NCBI GenBank assembly: GCA_964583975.1
Contig: CAZOXU010000004.1
Span: 70,100 to 134,099, forward strand
DNA: 64,000 nt
Reading direction: 5' to 3'
DNA from: an uncultured Planctomycetales bacterium
Lineage (GTDB): Bacteria > Omnitrophota > Gorgyraeia > Zapsychrales > Fredricksoniimonadaceae
This document shows positions 1 to 7,959 of the stretch, piece after piece. The notes under the pieces are model-generated. The model worked only from the letters and a program-made list of their open reading frames with translations, did not search any database and was not told the origin of the DNA. The stretch's first letter is position 1. Every line of letters begins with the position of its first letter. The translations under genes and the position numbers were made by a program.

Positions 1-2
1 GT

Positions 3-1028
3 CAGGGTGAACGTAATGGAAAACCTTCGATGGCTACTCTGGGCAAAGCTTTATGCCAGGTCGAACAAAAAGATGTCCTTAAAACCATGGATGCAGCCCT
101 TAAGGTCCACCAACAATGGGGTGACCGTCAAAATCGAATTTGGGCTCGTGTTAAATTTGTGGTCAAAAAAATGGGCATTGATTGGTATCGTGAGCAAACC
201 GAGCAGGTTCTAGGTAAAAAGCTCGATCTGCCTGATCCTAATCTTGATATTGGGGCTCGCCACATGCATCATGGCTGGATCAAACAAGAAACCAATGGCC
301 TATGGGCTTATGGAGCTTTTATTGAAAATGGTCGTCTTTCTGATAAAGGACCTAATGGCCGACTCAAAAGTATGTGCCGCCATTTAATGAATAAATACCC
401 TGTTGAATTTTTAATTACACCTAATCAAGATGCTCTTTTTGTAAACATTCCTGAAGCTTCTAAAGCAGATTTTGAAGCTGATATGCTTTCCTTTGGCTTT
501 GGCAAACGTAATGGTAAGGCTTACTCAAAGCTTCGCCTGCTTTCAGGTGCTTGCGTTGGTCGCGATACCTGCCGTTTAACCTATACTGATTCAGAGAAAT
601 TTGAACCTTTTCTTGTAGATGAACTCGAAGACATGGGCTGGGGCGATATTCACGAGTCTATTGGAATTACTGGTTGCGAACGTCAATGTTTTAGACCTGC
701 TACCAAAACCATTGGATTGGTCGGTTCAGGTTTAAACCGTTACCAACTCAAACTTATGGGTACAGAAGATGGCCGGCACCAGGGACTTCCCCTACTTTCT
801 GCAGATGGTGATCATATTTACCTAAAATCTATCCCACGCGAACAAGTCGCCAAGGTCATTGATGTCTTATTGAAACATTGGAAAGCCAATGCTAAACCTG
901 GTGAAGGATTAGGTTACTTTAACCGCCGCATAGGCACTGAAGCAATTATTGAATTATTTAAGAATAATCCTATTACAAGTGAACTTATGGCAAGGACCCT
1001 CTCTGCAGATTGTGTAGTGGATCAATAA
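3..1028 (+). CDS. Assimilatory sulfite reductase hemoprotein (siroheme/[4Fe-4S]; Sir/CysI family), 5'-truncated by the window edge
   Basis: The reading frame is open from the window start. A C-x5-C ... C-x3-C siroheme/Fe-S motif is present (ACVGRDTC ... TGCERQC), typical of ferredoxin/NADPH sulfite or nitrite reductases. The stop is TAA at 1026-1028. Confidence 0.8.
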   Translation, partial: QGERNGKPSMATLGKALCQVEQKDVLKTMDAALKVHQQWGDRQNRIWARVKFVVKKMGIDWYREQTEQVLGKKLDLPDPNLDIGARHMHHGWIKQETNGLWAYGAFIENGRLSDKGPNGRLKSMCRHLMNKYPVEFLITPNQDALFVNIPEASKADFEADMLSFGFGKRNGKAYSKLRLLSGACVGRDTCRLTYTDSEKFEPFLVDELEDMGWGDIHESIGITGCERQCFRPATKTIGLVGSGLNRYQLKLMGTEDGRHQGLPLLSADGDHIYLKSIPREQVAKVIDVLLKHWKANAKPGEGLGYFNRRIGTEAIIELFKNNPITSELMARTLSADCVVDQ

Positions 1029-1036
1029 GCTAAAAT

Positions 1037-1819
1037 TTATTCTTTAAACACTCCGTGGACTTCGCTGAAAGCTTTAACTACAGCTTCCAAAAGTTCAATA
1101 GGCTGACTGTACTCACAAAGCACTTTAACCCCTGTTTTATGGCTAAAGCCTTCCATAATAATTTTTTCATGCTGAAAATTCTTACGAACATATAAGATAT
1201 ATTTAATGTGCCTGGTTTGGGCTTTTTCTTGAAGCTTAAGAATGACCAAATCTCCTGGAAGGTCTTGCAAACTAAGACTTACAACAGCCAGGTCTGGCGG
1301 GTTAATACTAATCTTATCGATCCCCGCATAGCCACTATTAATGACTGTTGTAACATAGCCCACTTCTGAAAACATCTTAGCAATCTTATCTGAAGACTCT
1401 TTGTCATCATCAATAATCACAATTTTCTTATGATCAGCTTCTTGTTTCATAGTCATGTAGTGATTTAAAATAATTTCAATCTCGTGCAGAAGAGTTTTAG
1501 GAGCAAACGGCTTACTTAAGATCCCATCAACTTGAAAATTCTTAAAAACTTCAGCTAAATCCAGCCTGGCTGTTAAAACCAGTACGGGATAACGCGGAAG
1601 TCCGTTTAACCCCTTAATATATTTATAGAATTCTATACCATCCATATTAGGCATAGATAAATCCAAAAGAATAATATCAGGCTTTATTTTCTTAAGACAG
1701 TCAAGCCCCTCATTACCATCATGGGCTACAACCACCTTATACCCATGGGTTGTCAAAAACTTGCTGTACAGATTGGCTACTTCGCGTTCATCTTCCAGAA
1801 TCAATATCGTCTTTTCCAT
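1037..1819 (-). CDS. Response regulator with two tandem receiver (REC) domains and no output domain
   Basis: Both halves carry REC motifs (ILILEDE...LLDLSMPNMDG and IVIIDDD...). The start is assigned to MEKTIL because AAGGAG lies about 10 nt upstream; the two earlier in-frame ATGs lack a Shine-Dalgarno sequence. Confidence 0.75.
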   Translation of the reverse strand: MEKTILILEDEREVANLYSKFLTTHGYKVVVAHDGNEGLDCLKKIKPDIILLDLSMPNMDGIEFYKYIKGLNGLPRYPVLVLTARLDLAEVFKNFQVDGILSKPFAPKTLLHEIEIILNHYMTMKQEADHKKIVIIDDDKESSDKIAKMFSEVGYVTTVINSGYAGIDKISINPPDLAVVSLSLQDLPGDLVILKLQEKAQTRHIKYILYVRKNFQHEKIIMEGFSHKTGVKVLCEYSQPIELLEAVVKAFSEVHGVFKE

Positions 1820-2048
1820 AAGAACCATACTCCTTACAGTACCACTATTAACAGTATGACACACTGTCAAGCTAAAAACAGTGCTTTTAGGCTAAAACGA
1901 GAAAGCGCTATCTATTGATTAATTGGAGATTATTACGAATATAAGGCAGGTTATTTCTAGTACATAAACTGTTGGTAATAAATAAGAAACCCCACTTTCA
2001 TTCAAGCGGGGTTCTATATTTATAATGGCCAAATGAATGGCCTAAAGG

Positions 2049-2141
2049 TTAGAGAAGGACATTAGCCTCATCCCAAGTAAACGTAGATTCGTCTTCTTGT
2101 TGACCTTTTTGATCTGATTCTTGATTGTGTGGACCTAACAT
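2049..2141 (-). CDS. Unannotated small ORF (30 aa, MLGPHNQESDQKGQQEDESTFTWDEANVLL)
   Basis: A perfect Shine-Dalgarno sequence (AAGGAGG) sits 9 nt upstream of the ATG in an otherwise empty 470-nt intergenic region. The ORF is below the 60-aa track threshold. Confidence 0.25.
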   Translation of the reverse strand: MLGPHNQESDQKGQQEDESTFTWDEANVLL

Positions 2142-2344
2142 AGGACAATACCTCCTTAAATCTTGCTTGCCCAAAGGTTTTTAACCCTGCGACATGAAAT
2201 AAATATACCCTATTTTTCCTAAAAATCAATAGATTTTTTATAGGCAGGATTGATATAGTAAAATTTTAATAAGAGACAATTTTCAGACTTCTCGATGTGA
2301 TTTTTTGAGATTTGTAAGGCTAATAATCAATAAAAATCTTGGCT

Positions 2345-2677
2345 TTAATTCTTTTTAGACTCTTGCTCTTCCATCCTTAATCGTCCAATGTGCATTAATT
2401 GCCCCATAAATGGACCTAACAAGAAACCCAAGGCAGCCACTCCCGCTCCAACAGAAATAAAAGACATAAGAGCTATAAAAATTTTACCTGAAACAGTCAC
2501 TGGAGTATAAAAAGGCCCCTGACCAGTTGCAATCATACTCATAAAGTAAAATGCATCCAAATAATCCATATTTTCTAAGATATGTACCCCCACCGTACCA
2601 ATCAACATAATAGTGGTGATAACGATCAAAGAATAAAACGCTCTTTTATACGTAGAATGGAAAGGATGTTTTGTCAT
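2345..2677 (-). CDS. Small ion-channel-like membrane protein (two-TM pore-domain type)
   Basis: Two hydrophobic helices flank a pore-helix/filter-like segment (MSMIATGQGPFYTP), as in the Ion_trans_2 family. The selectivity motif is atypical. Confidence 0.5.
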   Translation of the reverse strand: MTKHPFHSTYKRAFYSLIVITTIMLIGTVGVHILENMDYLDAFYFMSMIATGQGPFYTPVTVSGKIFIALMSFISVGAGVAALGFLLGPFMGQLMHIGRLRMEEQESKKN

Positions 2678-2694
2678 GACTGTGCGCAGTTGAC

Positions 2695-4068
2695 TTAAGA
2701 AATGGCTGACAACATGCCTGTAATACGGACAAATTTCTCGCGAGGCTTTTCTAAAGGGACACCTCGTTGAACTTCTGCTGCGTCAATCTTCTTCCAGTCC
2801 GCAAAAGAAACCACCCGTACTTCGCGGTCTTTAAGAAGCTTTAAAACCGCTTCGGTATTAGGAGTTTCACAGGGATTTAGATGTTCTAAATCCATCAAAA
2901 GGTGCCTGACAGTCTCTTCAGAGTCTGGTTTATTGGTCCCTATTATACCTGAAGCTCCCCTTTTGATCCAACCTGCCGCATACCAACCTGTGTAAATATG
3001 TTCAGAATCGGTCACACGCCCCCCTTGGTTGGGGATAACACCACTTTGAGAAGAAAATGGCAAACCTTTAATAGGAATTCCTAAATAACCCACACTTCTA
3101 AAAACTATACCGCAGTCAATTTCCTCAAATTTACCTGTGCCTCTGACCTTTTGATGATTAGGCTCTCCCACCAGTTTATTGATTTCAAAACGAATTTTCT
3201 GTACCCGTCCCTTACCAATGATTTCAACTGGTGAACGTTTGAAATGCAGAACAAACTTTCGTTTACGATTATTAGCCTGGATATCTTTAAAATGGGTCAA
3301 AATTTCAAAATTCTTCTTTTTAGCGGCATTAGCTACCTCAGACAATTCTTGCAAACTTGCTTCATTGAGTTCTAAATCAGCTGGATCAACAACAGGATAA
3401 GCATCAGACAATTCTCCCATTTCTTTGATTTCAGGAGAAGTAAAGGCAGCCTGCATCGGCCCCCTACGCCCATAAACATGTACTTCCTTAATCTTACTTT
3501 CAGCCAAAATCTCTAAGGCATGTTGACTGATATCGGTTTTCTTAAGCTCATCTGGAGTTTTACAAAGAATACGAGAAACATCCATAGCCACATTTCCCTG
3601 ACCAATAATTACAGCTACTTCTTGAGAAAAATCAAAATGATGGTCTTGAAAATCTGGATGGCCGTTATACCAGGCCACAAACTCGGTCGCAGTATAACTT
3701 CCCACTAAATCTTCTCCATTGATCCCCAAATGACGATCAGCCTCTGCTCCAAAAGCAAAGATAATAGCATCATAAAATTTCTGTAATTCAAAAACACTAA
3801 TATTTTTGCCTACAGTCACGTTACCTAAAAAAGTAAAATTAGGATTTTCAGCGGTCTTTTCAAACACCTTAACAACATTCTTAATTTTGGCATGGTCAGG
3901 CGCAACGCCATAACGCACTAATCCAAACGGTACCGGAAGTTTCTCAAACATATCGACCTTAACATTGATCTTCTGTTTTAGAAGTTCATCAGCAGCATAA
4001 AATCCGCTAGGACCACTACCGATAATAGCTACACGTAAAGGACGCTCTGAAGTGCCAAAAGGATGCAT
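2695..4068 (-). CDS. fprA: Ferredoxin--NADP(+) reductase, FprA/adrenodoxin-reductase type
   Basis: An N-terminal FAD-binding GxGxxG motif (AIIGSGPSGFYAA) and a second NADP-binding GQGNVAMD motif are present. The length (457 aa) and architecture match FprA. Confidence 0.8.
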   Translation of the reverse strand: MHPFGTSERPLRVAIIGSGPSGFYAADELLKQKINVKVDMFEKLPVPFGLVRYGVAPDHAKIKNVVKVFEKTAENPNFTFLGNVTVGKNISVFELQKFYDAIIFAFGAEADRHLGINGEDLVGSYTATEFVAWYNGHPDFQDHHFDFSQEVAVIIGQGNVAMDVSRILCKTPDELKKTDISQHALEILAESKIKEVHVYGRRGPMQAAFTSPEIKEMGELSDAYPVVDPADLELNEASLQELSEVANAAKKKNFEILTHFKDIQANNRKRKFVLHFKRSPVEIIGKGRVQKIRFEINKLVGEPNHQKVRGTGKFEEIDCGIVFRSVGYLGIPIKGLPFSSQSGVIPNQGGRVTDSEHIYTGWYAAGWIKRGASGIIGTNKPDSEETVRHLLMDLEHLNPCETPNTEAVLKLLKDREVRVVSFADWKKIDAAEVQRGVPLEKPREKFVRITGMLSAIS

Positions 4069-4093
4069 AAAAAACCTTTCTAATTTTAAATTC

Positions 4094-4513
4094 TTATTTT
4101 TTAACCTGAGTAGCGAGAATTAAATGCTTAATGCCAACTCTGGACGCTGTATCAACAACCTGGACGACAAAATCATATTTAACACTTCGATCCCCGCTAA
4201 TAATAATCGATGGATCTTTATATTTCTTAGCCAATGATTGCAATTTGAATTTAAAAAGATTCATATCTAAACGTAAACTATAACGCTGATTCTCTAGATA
4301 GACATCTCCGCTAGCTGTGATAGTCACGTTAATATCCTTGTTCTCCATAGGACCCTCATTATGAGAAACCTGAGGTAAGGCAATTTTAATGCTAGAACGA
4401 TAAATAAACGGGGTTGTTACCATGAAGATAATTAAAAGCACCAAAATAACATCCGTAAAAGGAGCTATGTTGATGTCAGCAATCAATTTAGAATTTCTTT
4501 CTCGTCGTTTCAT
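4094..4513 (-). CDS. exbD: Biopolymer transport protein ExbD/TolR
   Basis: A single N-terminal TM helix and ExbD-like periplasmic domain are present. The start overlaps the upstream ExbB/TolQ gene by 4 nt. Confidence 0.8.
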   Translation of the reverse strand: MKRRERNSKLIADINIAPFTDVILVLLIIFMVTTPFIYRSSIKIALPQVSHNEGPMENKDINVTITASGDVYLENQRYSLRLDMNLFKFKLQSLAKKYKDPSIIISGDRSVKYDFVVQVVDTASRVGIKHLILATQVKK

Positions 4514-5142
4514 CGTGATTTCTTACCCACCGTTAAATCTAAAAGTTCAGAGGCTGTTAATTCCATCTCTAAAACAAAGATGTCAATCTTACGAACAAAG
4601 TAGTTATAGCTCACAACCGCGGGTATAGCCACAACCAACCCTGCAGCCGTACAGATTAAAGCTTCCGAGATACCTGCTGTCACAACATCCATGCCGCCTG
4701 ATGCGGTATGGGCCACATCATGAAAGGCCCTGATAATACCAAGCACCGTTCCAAACAAACCAATATAAACCGCAGTCCCTCCGATTGTACCAACGATACT
4801 AGTAAAACGCTCAAGTTTGATGGTTTCAATGGTGATTTCACGTTCCATGGCATTAGCAATTACTTTTTCATCATGACCATGAAGGTGCAGTCCAGCCAAA
4901 GCCACTCGAGCAAAAGGAGTGTCAATGTTACGGCAATAATCTAAGGCACTATTGATTTTATTATTAGTTGTTTCTTTACGGATCTGTTCCATTAACTGCA
5001 GGCGACCAACGGAAGTACGACGTTTAAAATACCATAAGCGTTCAATAATGACCGCGATGGATAATATCGAACATATAATCAATACATACATGGTGAAACC
5101 ACCTGTATTGATGATTTCAAAAATATTTTTATCTTGAAACAT
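4510..5142 (-). CDS. exbB: MotA/TolQ/ExbB proton-channel family protein
   Basis: Three TM segments carry the conserved TolQ/ExbB C-terminal motif (GLFGTVLGI...AL.TTA.GL). It is paired with the exbD homologue. Confidence 0.8.
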   Translation of the reverse strand: MFQDKNIFEIINTGGFTMYVLIICSILSIAVIIERLWYFKRRTSVGRLQLMEQIRKETTNNKINSALDYCRNIDTPFARVALAGLHLHGHDEKVIANAMEREITIETIKLERFTSIVGTIGGTAVYIGLFGTVLGIIRAFHDVAHTASGGMDVVTAGISEALICTAAGLVVAIPAVVSYNYFVRKIDIFVLEMELTASELLDLTVGKKSR

Positions 5143-5191
5143 TTGCGCCTCCCTTAATTCATAATCTCATTTAAATTTTAGGAAGATTGTA

Positions 5192-5248
5192 ATGTATTTT
5201 CATTTGCACGTCAAAATCTTTATGGTAATATATGGGCTATTTATTTAG
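5192..5248 (+). CDS. Upstream ORF/leader-like peptide (18 aa, MYFHLHVKIFMVIYGLFI) preceding ilvB
   Basis: AGGAAG lies 6 nt upstream of the ATG. The TAG stop is embedded in the ilvB Shine-Dalgarno sequence (TTTAGGAGGATTTATG). Seven of 18 residues are Ile/Val/Leu. Confidence 0.3.
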   Translation: MYFHLHVKIFMVIYGLFI

Positions 5249-5256
5249 GAGGATTT

Positions 5257-6996
5257 ATGACGAAAAAATCATTAAAAACAACACCCGCAGCCCCTTTGAA
5301 TGGTGCTGGAGCTCTCATTAAATGTTTAGAGAACTTTGGTGTTGAGTACATTTTTGGACTTTCTGGTGGCGCTGCCATCCCAATCTTTGACGCCCTAGTC
5401 GGTTCTAAAATCAAATTAATCCTGGTGCGCCACGAACAAGGCGCGACCCACATGGCCGATGGCTATGCCCGCGCTACTGGAAAACCTGGCGTAGTGCTTG
5501 TGACCTCTGGTCCAGGAGCTACCAACACAGTTACTGGCATTTTAACTGCTCTAATGGATTCCGTGCCCATGATTGTACTGTGCGGACAAACCATCTCCTC
5601 CATGCTTGGTAAGGATGCTTTCCAAGAAGCTGATATTTCTGGCATTACCATGCCCATCGTTAAACATAGTTATTTAGTCAAAGAAACAAATAGTATTCCT
5701 CGTGTTATTAAAGAAGCCTGGCATCTTTGCCAAACCGGCAGACCTGGTCCAGTACTTTTGGATCTTCCTAAAGATGTGACTTCAGCTAACTTTACAGGAT
5801 CAAGCCTAGACCCTGAAATGGATATCCCTGGCTACAAAACTCCAGCAAAACCCAATAAAGCTGATGTGCTCAAAATGGCTAAAATGTTTAAAGGTTCCAA
5901 AAAACCTTTACTCCTTATTGGTCATGGCGCAGTTATTTCAAGAGCCTCAGATGCTGTGAAAAAATTAGCTGAAAAATTAGGCGCACCTGTAACCAATACT
6001 TTATTAGGTAAAGGCTCCTTCCCTGAAACCCATCGCCTTTCTTTAGGGATGCTGGGAATGCACGGAACAGCTTACGCTAATAAAGCTCTCATCAATTGCG
6101 ATTTGATCTTATCGATCGGTTCCCGTTGGGATGATCGAATCAATGGAAACAACAATGAATTTTGCGTGAATGCCAAAAAGCTTCACATTGATATTGATTT
6201 TGCTGAAATCAATAAAATCGTTAAACCAGATGCTTGGGTAGTTGGTAATGCCAAGGATGTGGTTGAAGAATTAATTAAACATGTTGAACCATTAGACACC
6301 AAAGAATGGCTCAAAGAATTAGATTATTACAAAAAAGAATTTCCTTTGAAATATTCTAATGACAAAGGTCTAACCGCTCAATACGTTATTGATTGCTGCT
6401 ATAAAGCAACCAAAGGTAATGCTATTGTGACCACAGACGTAGGTCAACATCAGATGTGGGCTGCCCAATTTTATTTAACTAATCATGGTAATGATTGGTT
6501 ATCTTCAGGTGGCGCGGGAACTATGGGATTTGGCTTCCCCTCTGCCATCGGAGCCCAATTTGGCAGACCCAATGATTTAGTTATTGCTATTGTAGGCGAT
6601 GGTGGTTTTCAAATGACCCTTTGCGAATTATCGACCGTATTCGTTAACAAACTTCCAGTCAAAGTGCTTATTATTGACAATAAGTATCTTGGCATGGTGC
6701 GTCAGTGGCAGGAATTATTCTTTGATAATCGTCTTTCAGGGGTGGATTTAGAAGGTAATCCTGATTTTATCAAATTGGCTGAAGCCTATGGAATCAAAGC
6801 CTTCCATATTAATAAAGCTGACCACTGTTTTGATGTGATGAAACAAGCCATGGAATATAAAGGCCCTTGTGTTATCCATGCGGAAGTTATCAAAGAAGAC
6901 AATGTGTTTCCAATGGTTCCAGCAGGTAAAAGTGCTTTCCATATGATTATTGAAGCACCAACTCATAAATTAGAAAAACCAACAGGTTCAACTTAA
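5257..6996 (+). CDS. ilvB: Acetolactate synthase large (catalytic) subunit, TPP-dependent
   Basis: A TPP-enzyme N-terminal domain, FAD-binding middle domain and C-terminal TPP motif (GDGGFQM...N) are all present. The product is 579 aa. Confidence 0.9.
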   Translation: MTKKSLKTTPAAPLNGAGALIKCLENFGVEYIFGLSGGAAIPIFDALVGSKIKLILVRHEQGATHMADGYARATGKPGVVLVTSGPGATNTVTGILTALMDSVPMIVLCGQTISSMLGKDAFQEADISGITMPIVKHSYLVKETNSIPRVIKEAWHLCQTGRPGPVLLDLPKDVTSANFTGSSLDPEMDIPGYKTPAKPNKADVLKMAKMFKGSKKPLLLIGHGAVISRASDAVKKLAEKLGAPVTNTLLGKGSFPETHRLSLGMLGMHGTAYANKALINCDLILSIGSRWDDRINGNNNEFCVNAKKLHIDIDFAEINKIVKPDAWVVGNAKDVVEELIKHVEPLDTKEWLKELDYYKKEFPLKYSNDKGLTAQYVIDCCYKATKGNAIVTTDVGQHQMWAAQFYLTNHGNDWLSSGGAGTMGFGFPSAIGAQFGRPNDLVIAIVGDGGFQMTLCELSTVFVNKLPVKVLIIDNKYLGMVRQWQELFFDNRLSGVDLEGNPDFIKLAEAYGIKAFHINKADHCFDVMKQAMEYKGPCVIHAEVIKEDNVFPMVPAGKSAFHMIIEAPTHKLEKPTGST

Positions 6997-7013
6997 TTAA
7001 GAATAGAGTCCCT

Positions 7014-7511
7014 ATGAATAAACCTAATACTCATACAATCAGCGTTTTAGTGGCTAACAAACCAGGTGTGTTAGTGCGTATCGCATTGGTCTTTGCACGC
7101 CGAGCTTACAATATTGATTCTCTAGTGGTTTCTCCTACCGTAAATCCTAAATACTCCCGTATGACGATAACAGCTCAAGGAGATCCCGTGACTCTGGATC
7201 AAATTATTAAAAATGTGGATAAATTAGTAGATGTTATTCATTGCAGTGAACATGATCTGACTCATTCTATCGAAAAAGAATTGGCCTTATTTAAAATTAA
7301 AGCTTCTGCTTCAGCCAAAACATTCCTCTCTAAGAACAGCCGTAAATTCCATGTAAAAGTGGATGATTCTACCGAAGGCATTCTTGTGATTGAACAAACT
7401 GGAACAACCTCTGAGCTTGATGAGTTTGAAACCTTACTAAAAAAGTATGATTTGATAGAAATGGTTCGTACTGGTAAGGTACTGATGGCTAAGGGGAAGG
7501 AATCGACTTAG
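7014..7511 (+). CDS. ilvH: Acetolactate synthase small (regulatory) subunit, ACT domain
   Basis: An N-terminal ACT domain (ISVLVANKPGVLVRIALVFARRAYNIDSL) is present, and the gene lies immediately downstream of ilvB. Confidence 0.85.
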   Translation: MNKPNTHTISVLVANKPGVLVRIALVFARRAYNIDSLVVSPTVNPKYSRMTITAQGDPVTLDQIIKNVDKLVDVIHCSEHDLTHSIEKELALFKIKASASAKTFLSKNSRKFHVKVDDSTEGILVIEQTGTTSELDEFETLLKKYDLIEMVRTGKVLMAKGKEST

Positions 7512-7914
7512 CACTCGAGCAAGAAACGATCTTGGGTAATTCTGCAGGTGGCAGCACAATTAAGGCAACCTCAATAGCATCTAAGGAGTGTTGAATAGAA
7601 GTAATTTTGCAACGCTCTGCATCATAAGCCCCCTCTTTTCCTAGATACTGCGAAATAGCTGCTTTCAAAGCCGCTAATTCCAAATACATAATAAACTGAC
7701 GTTCTTGATCTTCATTCAACCCTAAAACTGAAACCAGCATTGGGAAATCAAGATCAAGGATTTCATCTAAAGATTTATTCTTCAAAAATGCTGATAAGCC
7801 TGTATTAGCAGTAATCTCACTAGAACAAGTCACCTTAGCAAATTCAAACCCCAAAAATTTCTCCTGGGCATCTAAACGAAAATTAAGTCCTGAGGAACTA
7901 TCGGAACAAGGCAT
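7489..7914 (-). CDS. IscU/NifU-like domain protein with degenerate cluster ligands (N-terminally truncated relative to IscU)
   Basis: The sequence aligns to the IscU core (PCSD ~ PACGD; KNKSLDEIL...LKAAISQY ~ KGKSLEEA...IKAAIADY). The GCGS and HCS cysteine positions are replaced (TCSS, QFIMY). An in-frame stop lies 2 codons upstream of the ATG. Confidence 0.4.
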   Translation of the reverse strand: MPCSDSSSGLNFRLDAQEKFLGFEFAKVTCSSEITANTGLSAFLKNKSLDEILDLDFPMLVSVLGLNEDQERQFIMYLELAALKAAISQYLGKEGAYDAERCKITSIQHSLDAIEVALIVLPPAELPKIVSCSSAKSIPSP

Positions 7915-7959
7915 GTCTCAAAAGTAACATGAAAAATAGGTATTGGCAAGACTTCTATA

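Noticed and set aside
1721-1918. Various 60-110-aa ORFs on the opposite strand of well-supported genes (for example 1721-1918, 3179-3400, 8483-8701, 18360-18653, 24290-24931, 57467-58054)
   Set aside because: They lie entirely within confidently assigned genes on the other strand. They lack ribosome-binding sites and recognisable motifs, so they are most likely spurious.
1988-2014. Hairpin aaccccac...gcggggtt as a terminator
   Set aside because: The stem is short with a G.U pair. It lies 330 nt from the nearest stop and its orientation is ambiguous, so it is not listed as a feature.
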